A stretch of 64,000 nt of DNA from the NCBI GenBank assembly GCA_043228905.1, contig JBHGNT010000020.1, positions 9,858,001 through 9,922,000 on the forward strand, given 5' to 3'. The notes beneath the pieces are model-generated. The model worked only from the letters and a program-made list of their open reading frames with translations, had not been told where the DNA came from and did not search any database. The DNA comes from Azolla caroliniana (Eukaryota; Plantae; Polypodiophyta). Below, in pieces: positions 48,134 to 59,736 of this stretch (positions within the stretch are counted from its first letter, which is position 1; each line of letters begins with the position of its first letter). Both the position numbers and the translations under genes were made by a program.

Positions 48134-49896
48134 TATTGCCTCTCATGTAGCGACGAGGGCTCCTCTATACTCAACTTTGGTGCTTGATAGGGCCATTGTC
48201 GGCTGCTTCTTGTTGCTCTATACTACAACCGTGCTCCCAAGAGAGAACATGAAACCTGATGTCGACCGTCGATGCGTGGCATCTCCAACCTAGTCAACAT
48301 CAGTATAGCGGATTAACTGTTCGACTATGTCATGCCGGTATAGTAGTCCTCGATCCTTCCTACCGCTTACATATCGCAATATTCGATGTGTGCACTAAAG
48401 GTGCATGACTATCAGACTTTACATGAATTGACTTTACATGAATTGACTTTACATAGCTAAGGTCGGGTTAGGTGATCGTCAAGTATATGAGTCTTCCGAT
48501 AATTTGTCGGAACCGTTTCTCATCGTAGGCCGCTCCCGAGTCAGGACGAAGCTTCAGGTTTCTATCGAGAGGAGTGGAGACGGATCGACAATCCATCAAC
48601 CCGAACTTGTACAACATATTCAAGACATAATTTCATTGAGTGTGTAATATGCCATCGAGGATGTGGATCACTTCAATCCTGAGGAAGTAATGAAGGTCCC
48701 CTAAATCCTTCATTTCAAATGCGTTCGACAATTGAGACTTTACTTGGCTAATTTCAGCAAGGTTGGGGCCGATGATGACCAGGTCATCCACATACAACAA
48801 TATGCACACCGGGCCCTTCGAACCTTTCCGGATGAACAGAGAGGAGTAAGATTTGGAGACCTCAAACCCCACCTTATGCAACCGGTGTGTGATTTTCAAG
48901 TTCCAAGCACAGGGGGCTTGCTTGAAGTCGTAAAACGACCTCTTTCAAGGCCCTCTTGGCCACATCTGTCCTCAACACTTGAGGCTCCTTTTCACTCAGA
49001 TTGATGTCGAATTATCCTGGATCCGACACACCTTTATCCATGCCATACTCTAGCATCTTCATCTTCCCCTTTTCTTTGCTTGTATACCGTTTCCTAGGTT
49101 CCTTGCGCGAGGAGTGCACGATCAAGACTTCACTACTCGCTGGCTCTTCCTTCGGGCCACTTAGCCGGAATGAAATCAGACTCTCTTCTAGAGTGCCAAT
49201 ATCTTCTTCTTCTTCTACTTCTTCTCGGATCATGTCAGCCTCACTGGCCTCATCCTCAACAATCGATATGGAGTCATTGGGAGTTGGAGACGGAAGAGAA
49301 TACCGGGATGTTGACTTGTCGAATACGACGTTTCAGCTCACTTCTAGCTGTTTGGTTTGGGGGTTGTAGCACTTGTACCCTTTTTGTTCATTTGAGTATT
49401 CGACCAAGATGTACTTCTCTGCTTTAGCGTCCAGCTTCTTCCACTTCTCATCCGGCACATGCACATATGCAATGTTGCCGAATACCCTCAGGCATTTCAA
49501 ATTCGGCTTTCGTCTGAAATACAACTCATGTGTTGACACCTTATCTCCTATCCGATTTTGGATATACACAACCGTCCGAATGGCTTCGGCCAGATAAAAT
49601 TTAGCCATGCTCTTCTCTTCTAGCATTTCCCGTGTCATTTCCATGATTGACCGGTTCCTTCTTTCAGCTATGCCGTTTTGCTCCGACGTATATTGGCAAG
49701 TGAATTCGTGCTGAATTCCCATCTGTTGCAGATAACAGTTGAATTGGCCGAAAAACTATTATTTTCCGCCATCCGACCGCAGACACTTGATCTTCCTCTT
49801 TGTTTCCCTTTCCACGAAGCTCTTTAGGTTTCACAAACTCTTCTTTTCTATTAGGTAGATCCACGTGTGTCGGCTAAAGTCTTCGATGAAGGAGAC

Positions 49897-52800
49897 TGTT
49901 GAGAATCAAGCTCAACTTGGTCTAGTGTGTGAACTCACCTTGAGAGTGAAGAGACACTCCAACGGTCAAGAGTCACCATTATGTCACCACTTTGTATTCT
50001 AGCATTTAGTATGAGTCATAGAATCATATTCTATGACACATAACTTGAGAGCTTTCACATTCCCCATGCTTCATGAGTCTTGTAGTAAATGAAGAGAGAG
50101 GGTGACTACATAAAGCACCCTCCTCCCACCTTGTATAATGTTGAGTCTTTCTCCTTTGTTAATATACTCCTACCTTGCGTATTCTTTGTGTCTTATTCCT
50201 TGTCTCTCTCACTCACTCTCTCTCTCTCATACACACACATAACTCATATCTCTTCTGCTTCACAAGAATCCATATCCGATTCTTTACATGGTATCAGAGC
50301 GAGGTTGGTAGCTCGATCTAGCCCATTCGCCTCATCGTGATCGTGTGTTGTGCTCTATGCCGACGACCAAGAACCGGCTCATCGTTATCGTAGCTTCGCT
50401 ACATAGCTTGCATTCGAAGAGAGAAGAAGAAGAAGAAGAATCGACATAATGAATACTCAAATGGGGAGCGCTCTCCATACCAAGAAGTTGGATCGAAACA
50501 ACTTCGCATCTTGGGAGTACAAGATGCACCAATACCTTGTCGGACAAGGCTATTGGAGCTACATCAAAGGAATGCATGAAGACCGACCCACCGAAGCGGC
50601 TCCCGGATATGCAACATGGGACCAAGCCGCAAGCCACGTGATGTATTTCTTGGCGACATGTGTTCACGATCACATGCTCGACTACATTCGCGAAGCCAAG
50701 ACGGCGAAGGAGGCATGGGAAAATCTACGAAAGATTTTCGCGGCGAACACAACCGCAAGAAGGCTTCAACTCCGCCAAGAGTTGAACAACATTCAACAAA
50801 GGGACATGTCCATCACGACATACACCTCGAAGATCAAGGAGCTTTGCGATTCACTCGGCTCAATAAGCGTAAATATCGATGATGATGAGATGGTTCAAAT
50901 ATGCCTCGGCGGCCTCGCACCACTGTTCGGCGCGATGCGAACCGTCGTTCTAGCACGGGAAAAATGTCCCTCCTTCTTCAAGCTCCAATCAATGCTATTG
51001 GTCGAAGAAAACCACGTATGTACAAGGTGCAATGAGTTGGAAGGCCACATGTTCTACATGCACTCGAACGGAGGAAGAGGACGCGGACGGTCGAGAGGCC
51101 GATTCAACCAAGGACAAGGCGGACGAGGGTTTTGCTGCGATAACAACTCCCAATTTCGGCTGTAAAACGGAAGCCAACGAGGTACCTTCGCAAGAAGGGG
51201 GAGCTTCCACTCCGGCCCGAGCCATCAAAACGCAACCGAATGCGGATATTGCGGAAAGCTCAGCCACCACGAAGAAGAGTGCCGAAAGAAGATGCGTGAA
51301 TCGGCTTCCACAAGCTGACAACTCATGAATTACGCGCACAATTCCGACTACGAAGAGTATAGCGGAATGTACGGGCACAACTCCGACTACGAGGATCGTG
51401 GTGGAATGTACGCATACAACTCCGATCATGGTGGAATGTTCATGATGAAAGATAGAGCAAACTCTATGTCGGCCTCTACCTCAACTAGTGCCCTCAATCC
51501 GGAGGACGTATGGTTTGTTGACTCCAGAGCCTCAAACCATATGACATCTCATAAAGAATGGTTTCTCGAACTTCGAGAGCCGGAGCGACCCGGTTATTCG
51601 AAACCAGAGATGACACTATGCACCTGATTCGGCACATCGGCAATGTTCTGTTCGGCAAAAAAGGTAAGGAAAATTACATTAAAAATGTCTTGCATGTACC
51701 GACCATTACGAAGAATTTGGTCTCCGTCGGCCAAATTGTAGAGCAAGGGATGCAAGTTCGATTTAATCAAGGCGGTTGCTTCATCGAAAAAGAGGGCCGA
51801 CTCATCGCATGCGGACGAAGAGAGGGCCGAATGTTCATTCTTGACTCACACGAGATGAAATTGGCCATGTTCGCAAAGGGCATGAAAGACGACTCCGACA
51901 TAGAGTTGTGGCACAAGAGAATCGGCCACATCAATATCAACAAACTCAAAGCAATGAAATCGAAAGGAGTCGTCATCGGACTCCCGACATTCAAAGAGAA
52001 GGAGATTGAAGGTGTATGCGAAGCGTGCCAATTCGGCAAGCAACACCGACAGTCATTCCCGAAAGAGCGGAACATGAGCAAAGGTCTACTTGATCTAGTC
52101 CATTCCGACTTATGGGGACCGACGCAGACGGCTACATTCGGCGGATGCGGATATTACGTGCTCTTCATCGATGATTTCTCTAGGCACACTTGGATCTACC
52201 CGATGCGACAAAAGAGCGAAGTGTTCGGACACTTCCAAACATTAAAGAATGAAGTTGAGAAAGCCACGGGCCGACATGTACGATGTCTTCGATCGGATGG
52301 CGGCAAGGAGTACTTCTCGGACGATTTCACGACGTATCTCTGAAAGGAAGGAATTCGGCGAGAATTCACTTGCCGATACCTCTGCAACAAAACGGAGTAG
52401 CTGAGCGCAAAAATCGGCATATCCTCGAAGTAGCGTGGGCCATGATGAACGAGAAGCATATGCCCAAGTCATATTGGGCCGAAGCTGCAAATACATCCGT
52501 CTACCTAATGAACCGGTGCATAACATCTTGCGTGCACGAGGTCACTCCGCACGAAAAATACTTCGGAAAGAAGTCAGACTTATCACACATCCGGATATTC
52601 GGCGCGATAGCGTACATGCACATCCCCGATGAGAAGTGTCAAAAGCTTGATCTGAAGTCGGAGATATGTATCCTCATAGGATACTCATTGGAGCAAAAGG
52701 GGTACAAGTACTACAACCCCTCAACTCGAAAATCTCGCGTAAGTCGAGATGTCGTTTTTGACGAGTCCGCATCCTGGTACGCACTAGAGACAACCCTGAC

Positions 52801-53197
52801 TCCGACTCCGCTTGACTCGGAATCCGTCGAACAAGAGATAGAGGATGAAGATCGCCCTACGCGCATGTTCGAAGAAAGTCCGATCACGACCCGACTAAGC
52901 GGACAACAAGAGCCTTTGAGCGATCAAAGCACATCACGGCCTAGCCTGAAGATGGACAAAGGCAAGGCGAAAATGTCGGAATACGAAGATGATCGCTTCG
53001 ACGGCGATGAGTCGACTCACTCACTCGACAGTGAGTTCGGCGGCTTCGATGAACCAATCAGAGCTAAGAAATCCCTCATCTCTACAAATGAAAAGCTCCA
53101 TCGCTCCACCCGTGAAAAGAATCCGGTCAGCCGATTTGGCTACAATGACTACATGGGATATCACTATGCCTTTATGATGAAGGTGGCGATAGTACGC
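49897..53197 (+). mobile_element. Ty1/copia element F (5' LTR 49897-50288, PBS 50289-50300, gag-protease-integrase), relative of element C, interrupted by gypsy G
   Basis: TGTTG...TTTACA followed by TGGTATCAGAGC; ORFs 50449-51165, 51558-52343 and 52283-53290 are colinear with element C. Confidence 0.92.
51331..51438 (+). repeat. In-frame 39-bp repeat (about 2.8 copies) between the zinc knuckle and protease of element F
   Basis: YAHNSDYEEYSGM / YGHNSDYEDRGGM / YAYNSDHGGM; element C has a single copy. Confidence 0.85.
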
Positions 53198-55979
53198 TGT
53201 CGTGAAGATTTTCGTCCACGAGCGGAAACCCGAGCAAGGAGAGCCAAAGAGCGATGTGCAACGTTGCACACGTACATAATGTATTTGTAATAATAATAGG
53301 GGAAAAGGGTATGGTGCTAGAAATGCCCCATAAGATCCCTAAGGTATAAAGGCGATGTGGTCTTATGCGCACATCCACGCGAGAGAGAGAGAGAGGTACT
53401 ATGCGGTACATAGGTACCTAGTTGTTTGTGAGGAGGTGGGAGTAAAGGGGCCATCAATCTCACCCTCCCCAAATCAAGGCAAATATCCCCTTTGAATGAA
53501 AGGGGATATTTTAGTCTCGTTTTTGTAAACGGTCTTCCCTCCTTGTGCTATAAAAGGAGAGGGAAGGCACCATTGTGGGGGTTGCCTATTTTGAGTGTGC
53601 GAGGTATACCACATAGGTCGAGCATTAGGGTTAGGGTTAGGGTTTCTTCATCTTTATCTTCATCTTCGTCGGTTAGGGTTTTCGAGTAGTCGTTTGGTGC
53701 GGCCTACGCGGCCACCGTTTGTAATCGTTCATCTCGATTTAATACATCTTGTTGTTCATCTTGTCTCCATCTTCCTCTTGTTCGATCTAGTCTCTTGTTC
53801 ATTCTTCCTCTTCTTGAGGAAAGCTTCCATTCTGTGTCTGATTCCTTCTCTCTACTCCTTAGTCCAAGACCCCCGTGGTCCCGCCCTTCGCCACGCACGC
53901 GCGTAGCAACGCGACATCTTTGGTGAACCCGACGTGAAGAGGCGGCAAGGGAGGAAGGAGATGGAAGTCGGAGACATCGTGGAAGTAATTACGAGAATGG
54001 CAAGGGATTTCGCAAGAAGGAGAGAAAGATGGGAAGAGGCGTACAAGTACGATCGACACGAGTTCGATCTATGGGTGTCGTCGGCAAAGGCTCCTCGAAG
54101 CGCAATGAAGGCATTCCGGGAGTTCGATCTCCGGTTTTCCCAACTTTCGGTCCGGGATCAAGAATCGGTGGGGGCGGACAAGGTCCCACTATTCTTGAAG
54201 TCGGTCAACGAAAGGGGGAGAATGGCCATTTTTCCCTACCTCGAAGACGATGAAGGGGCGTACGGCCTCACCGAAGATTGGAACGAGGTGGAATGGGCGT
54301 GCATACAATGCGATGAGAGGCGGTCGGCCACAACGCGGCCCGCGAGCGGTGGAGAAGAGAGAGCGGCGACCGACTACGCACTATCGCCGGAAGAGAGCTG
54401 AACGCAAATCGGTTCGGAGGAGCTCGACATCGAAGCCTTGGTGCGGGAAGTGTACGAGATCGTAGAGGCACAAATCGAAGCCGAAGAAGGGCTTATTGCG
54501 GAGTCAGGCCCGAGCGGATCGGAGGATGAGGAGGCCGAAAGAGAATGGTACATCGGTACCACGGGAGAGGGTGCGGGACGAGCCACCCTCTCGACATGCG
54601 GAGAAAGATCAACCGAGGACGAGGTCGGGGACGGTGAGGTGGCGATCGCCGGTTCGAGCGGACATGAGGGAGTTCGGGCATGGAGGCCCGAAACATCGAG
54701 CGGGGAGAAGACGGGCGGTGGTGCCGGGACCTTACGCACACCGGGCCTAGAGACTCTGGCAACCGGCTTGAGAGCCGGTGTGAGACCTAGAGTGGCGGGC
54801 GGTGGCGGCGGCAAGGCGGGCGACCACGATGGTGACATGGGAGAGGGTGCGAAAAGAGCGACTCTCTCGTCTTGCGGCGAATGGACGACCATGGAGGCTG
54901 GTAACTACGGATTCGGGACATGGCGGCCCGAAACATTGAGTGAGGAGGAGACAAGCGGCGGTGCCACGACCTTACACACACCGGCCCTAGAGGCACCGGC
55001 GGTCGGCCCGATGGCCGGCGTGAGACCTAGAGCGACGGGCGGTGGCGGCAACAAGGCGGGCAACCGAGACAATGGTATGGAGACCGTGGAAGAGGAGGCG
55101 GCAAGCATAATTGATGCTTGCATATACGGAGGCAGGGTAGCCACGAACGACGATGTCCGAATGGAGGCGGCTACGGGCATAGCATCGACGAGCGGCGGTG
55201 TTGCTACCTTACACGCACCGGTTCAAGAGACCCCGGCGGCCGGCCCGAGTGTCCACGTGAGATCTAGGGTAACGAACGGTGGCGGCGGCAAGGCGGGCGA
55301 CCACGGCGACGATGTGGGAGAGGGTGCGGAGTGAGCGACCCTCTCGACTTGCGGAAAGAGGACGGCCATGGATGAGGCCGATATCTACGGAGCAACGGAC
55401 GCCACTTCGAGAGTGGGCCGAAGTTTCGGGACGCGGTTGCCCGAAACGTTCTACGAGGATTTCGCGAGCATACTCGAGGCTTGCGAAATCGAGGAAGAAG
55501 AGGAGACGAGTGGAGGTGCCACGACCTTCCACACACCGGTCCTAGAGACTCCGGCAACTGGCCCGAGAGCCGGTGTGAGACCTAGAAAGACGGACGGTGG
55601 TGGTGGCAAGGTGGGCAAGCGAGACGATGAAGAGGAGGTTTGTAGCAGACGGAGGCGAGATCCCTCGAGACCGGGGCCAGAGACTTCGGCGGTTGCGCCC
55701 GAGCGCGGACATAAGACCGGAGAGATGGGCGGTGGCCGTGAGGATGAGAGGCCCGGAGTGGGCACGTGCGAAGAGGCTGAAGGAGAGGTCTGGAGCAGCA
55801 TCGAGGAGCGAGTCGGGAACCGACCCAACTGAAAGATGAGCCAGTCGGTAATCCGACCCGACCGGGAGGCGGAGCGGAAGAAGGGTGAAGCGGGGTCCGG
55901 TCAACCGGGCCCAAACCGAGGAAGAACCGGCAAAGCCGGATTTGCGCGGAAAAAACATGTACCGGACGGTTACGATTAC
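53198..55979 (+). mobile_element. Ty3/gypsy-related element G: 5' LTR 53198-53916, tRNA-Trp PBS 53921-53938, truncated gag fused to a repetitive ORF; interrupted by copia I
   Basis: TGTCG...CGACA LTR; PBS TGGTGAACCCGACGTGAA; FREFDLRFSQLS...LFLKSV...GLTEDW aligns with the gag of element H. Confidence 0.85.
54705..55625 (+). repeat. Four copies of a ~120-bp GC-rich core, spaced ~240, ~240 and ~320 bp
   Basis: TSGGATTLHTPxLExPAxGPRAGVRPRxTGGGGGKAG recurs near 54710, 54950, 55188 and 55506. Confidence 0.88.
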
Positions 55980-58900
55980 TGTTGAGAGACAAGCTCAACA
56001 TCGGCCGGATCGGCTGAAGAAGCCGAGGACCGGATCGGTTGGGACCGATCGGTTAGGCCGAGTACATAAACCGGGAGGTCGTTAGGAAAGATATTCCGTG
56101 AGGAATATATTTGGGAGTTAGTGTAGGGGCTCTTGATGAGCATTGAAGTACTGTCAGTACTTTGGTCAGTCCTTGTAGGGCTTGTATAAAAGTGTTCACT
56201 GAGCACGTCTTATGTACAGAGATTGAGTATTATTGTTGAATATAGTTTTTTGTGTTTCTCTCTCTGTCTCTCCCACATAAACCGTGTAAGCCTAAGCTCT
56301 CCATTGAACCTGAGTTTCCTTCCTCTGTTCTGTCTTCATACTTGCTTCCGCACGCTACTTTCTACATGGTATCAGAGCGCGAGGGTTGAGAACCTCTCTG
56401 CAGCCGACACAGCCTGACGAAGAAGAACAAGAAGAACGATGGATAGAGGCATGGCGAGCTCGCTTCCAACAGAGAAGCTCGACAAAATCAACTACGCGTC
56501 TTGGTCCTACAAGATGCACCAGTACTTGCTCGGGCAGGGCTACTAGAGTTATGTCGAAGGAGCTAATGATGCGGCACCCGAATCGACACATAGAGAATTC
56601 CCGTTGTGGGAGCAATCGACGAGCAGGGTACTATACTGCTTCGCGTCGTGTGTGGGCGAACAACTATTGAGCTATGTTCGGGATGCAAAGACGCCGAAGG
56701 GTGCGTGGGAAAATCTGAAGAAGATTTTCGCCGCGAGCACCACAGCTAGGAAGCTTCAGCTCCGACAGGAGTTGAGCAACCTACGACAACGCGACTTGTC
56801 GGTGGCGGACTATACCTCGAAGATCAAGGATATCTGCGACTCCCTCGCCTCCATAGAGGTGAACATCGAGGAGAGTGAGATGGTCCAGATCTGTCTCGGA
56901 GGTTTGGCGTCGAAGTTCGGAGCGTTCCGAACGGCTGTGTGTACCCGGGAGAATACGCCGTCCTTTTTCGACTTACAGTCGATGCTCCTGGTAGAGGAGA
57001 ACCACGCGGGTGCGTCGACGAGCACGCACACCGACAACAAGATGTTGTACACGGAGGGAGAAAGGCCCCGTGGTCGTGGCGGATGAGGCAAGTCGGCGCG
57101 CAATGGAGGCGGCCGACGTGATCAAGGAAGAAGGCACTGAAGTGATGCCGACAGCAACTCCGGACCCTCCGGAAACAGGGGGAGTCGAAGCGATGAGAAC
57201 CGGCAAGGGAAGGCCATCGCGGAGTGCTGGTACTGTGGCAAGAAAGGCCACAGGGAAAGTGAGTGCTGGAAGAAGCACGCCGATTCGGAGAGAACTGGTT
57301 CCGGGAACGGCTCCAGACATATTGACAAGGGAAATCTTCAGCGATCGCACTACGCTGAAGACTCCGGGAGAGCCGGAGAAGGGTCTGTCTTCGTGACGAG
57401 ACACGAAGCAAACTCAATGAAACAAAGCACCCCGAGATCGGACGAGGTCTGGTACGTAGACTCCGGCGCGTCAAACCACATGACGAGCCATAAGGAGTGG
57501 TTCTCGTACCTTGAAAAACCGATACAACCTGGAGTAGTCGCAACAGGAGACGACACTCCACATCCGATCGCGAATGTCAGAGAAGTTCCCCTTAGCCATG
57601 TCGGGCAGAAAGGGAAACTCAAGAACGTGCTGCACGTTCCGACAATCACGAAGAACTTGGTCTCGGTCGGACAGATCGTCGACCAAGGGATGGAGGTTCG
57701 GTTTACACACCTCGGGTGCTTCATTGAGGAAGAAGGTAGTGTTCGGATTGCCCAAGTTTAGTGGCCGAAAGGCACAAATTTGTGAAGCCTGCCAGCTTGG
57801 GAAGCAACACCGACTTCCTTTCCCCAACGAGCGAAACCGGAGCCGGAACAAGATCGACCTTATACACTCGGATGTGTGGGGCCCGGCACAAAACGTTAGT
57901 CTTGGCGGGAGCCGATATTTTGTCTCCTTCATCGACGACCACACGTGACACACATGGATCTACCTCATTGAGAGGAAGAGCGAAGTCTTCGACTGTTTCC
58001 GGGACCTCAAAGGGTTCGTGGAAGCCGAAACGGGACGAAAGATCAAGTGTCTACGGACGGATGTCGGGAAAGAGTACTTTTCCGGTCAATTAAACGGTTA
58101 CCTACAACAAATGGGAATTCGGCGCGAATTCAGTTGTAGATATACGCCAGAGCAGAATGGCGTGGCCGAGACAAAAAAACGGTCAGTTGTGGAAGCGGCA
58201 CGGGCAATGCTAGAGGAGAAGAGCTTGCCCAAGTTCTACTGGGCCGAGGCGGTAAGGACTGCGGTATACATCCAGAACCGGATTGGAGACAAAGTGTCGG
58301 CGCACGAGCTATATTTCGGAACGAAGCCGAACTTGCGACACTTGAGGGTGTTCGATAGCATTGTGTATGTGCATGTACCGAAGGAGAAAAGGAGGAAGCT
58401 GGACGCAAAGGCCAAGAAGTGCATCTTGGTCGGTTACTCGAACGAGCATAAGGCTTATAAGTGCTATAACCCTCGCACCAAACAAGCGCGTGTCAACCGC
58501 GATGTGTTTGACGAGTCCGCGTCCTGGTACCTGCCCTCGACTCGGAACCCCGACTCCAATACGAGCTCTGACGATGAGGTCAGTGAGGCCGAGATGCCTC
58601 CGAATGAGCCTGAAATCGAGACCCGCGAAGAGAGTCCGATTTCACTCCGGTTAAGTGGACCAATTGGACGACTGAGTCGGTACGACCAGTCCAATGAAGA
58701 GTTGGCGAGTAGTCGAGACTCGGCCGTGCATTCCCCGCGCAAGAAGCCGAGGAGACGGCTTACGCGCAAAGAGAAAGGGAAGAAGAAAGTGTCGTATTCC
58801 GGCACGGAAAGGAACGAGTCAGACCGACGCGAGTCCGACTCCGAGGGAACCGGTCACGGGTCTTTAAAGGTGAAGACCGCGTCGACCGAGAAGGCCTCGA

Positions 58901-59736
58901 CATCGGCTAATGTGAGATTACGCCGATCTACCCGCCATAAGAACCCAGTTGTGCGGTTCGGATACAACGAGTACATGGCGCATCATTATGCGTACATGAC
59001 TCGTGTAGCGGAAGTGCGTGAGCCGGAGAGCTACGCAGAAGCGGCTAAAGACGCGAATTGGCATGCCGTGATGGAGGAAGAGATGCACGCATTGGCGGAG
59101 AACGAGACCTGGGACCTGGTTGACGCACCAAAGGGTGTGAAGCCGATCGGGTGTAGATGGGTGTACAAAGTCAAGTACAACACCGATGGCTCGGTCAACC
59201 GGTACAAGGCTCGGCTAGTGGCAAAGGGCTACGCACAGAAACACGGCATCGACTACGATGAGACGTTTGCGCCGGTCGCAAAAATGACGACCGTTCGTAT
59301 TTTGCTCGCAATAGCCGCGACCAAGGGGTGGCACTTACATCAAATGGATGTAAAGAATGCGTTCCTGCAAGGTGACCTTGAGGAACAAGTGTACATGGTA
59401 CAACCCCCCGGATTTCACTCCGGAACGAACTCCTCGGCAGTATGCCGACTGAAGAAGTCCCTTTACGGACTGAAGCAAGCCCCGCGTGCCTGGAACGCGA
59501 AGATCACGCAACAATTGCGTCGGATGGGCTTCGTCACGACAAAATCGGACTCTTCCCTGTTCATCCGGAAAGGTCGACTCTGTCCGGTTAGTATATTACT
59601 ATATGTTGATGACTTGGTCATCACTGGCGCCGACCTCGGTGAAATCGACCGCGTGAAGCTCCAGCTTGCGGCATCGTTCGACATGAAGGATCTGGGGGAC
59701 CTTCATTACTTCCTTGGGATCGAAGTGATCCGTACC
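55980..59736 (+). mobile_element. Ty1/copia element I (5' LTR 55980-56366, PBS 56367-56378, gag to mid-RT)
   Basis: TGTTGAGAG...TTTCTACA followed by TGGTATCAGAGC; VDSGASNHM; deletion near 57738; ORF from 58018 has integrase and RT YVDD; breaks off after YFLGIEVIRT. Confidence 0.93.

Larger units (their letters stand above)
41504..49896 (-). mobile_element. Degenerate Ty1/copia element D: 3' LTR (41504-41745 plus 47106-47272) split by element E; PPT 47273-47280; RNase H, RT and integrase remnants 48134-49896
   Basis: The two LTR halves rejoin into a TG...CA unit related to the 27550/55980 LTR family. LYVDD in ORF 48633-48899; integrase ORF 49333-49722; cut at VSFIED by element F. Confidence 0.85.
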
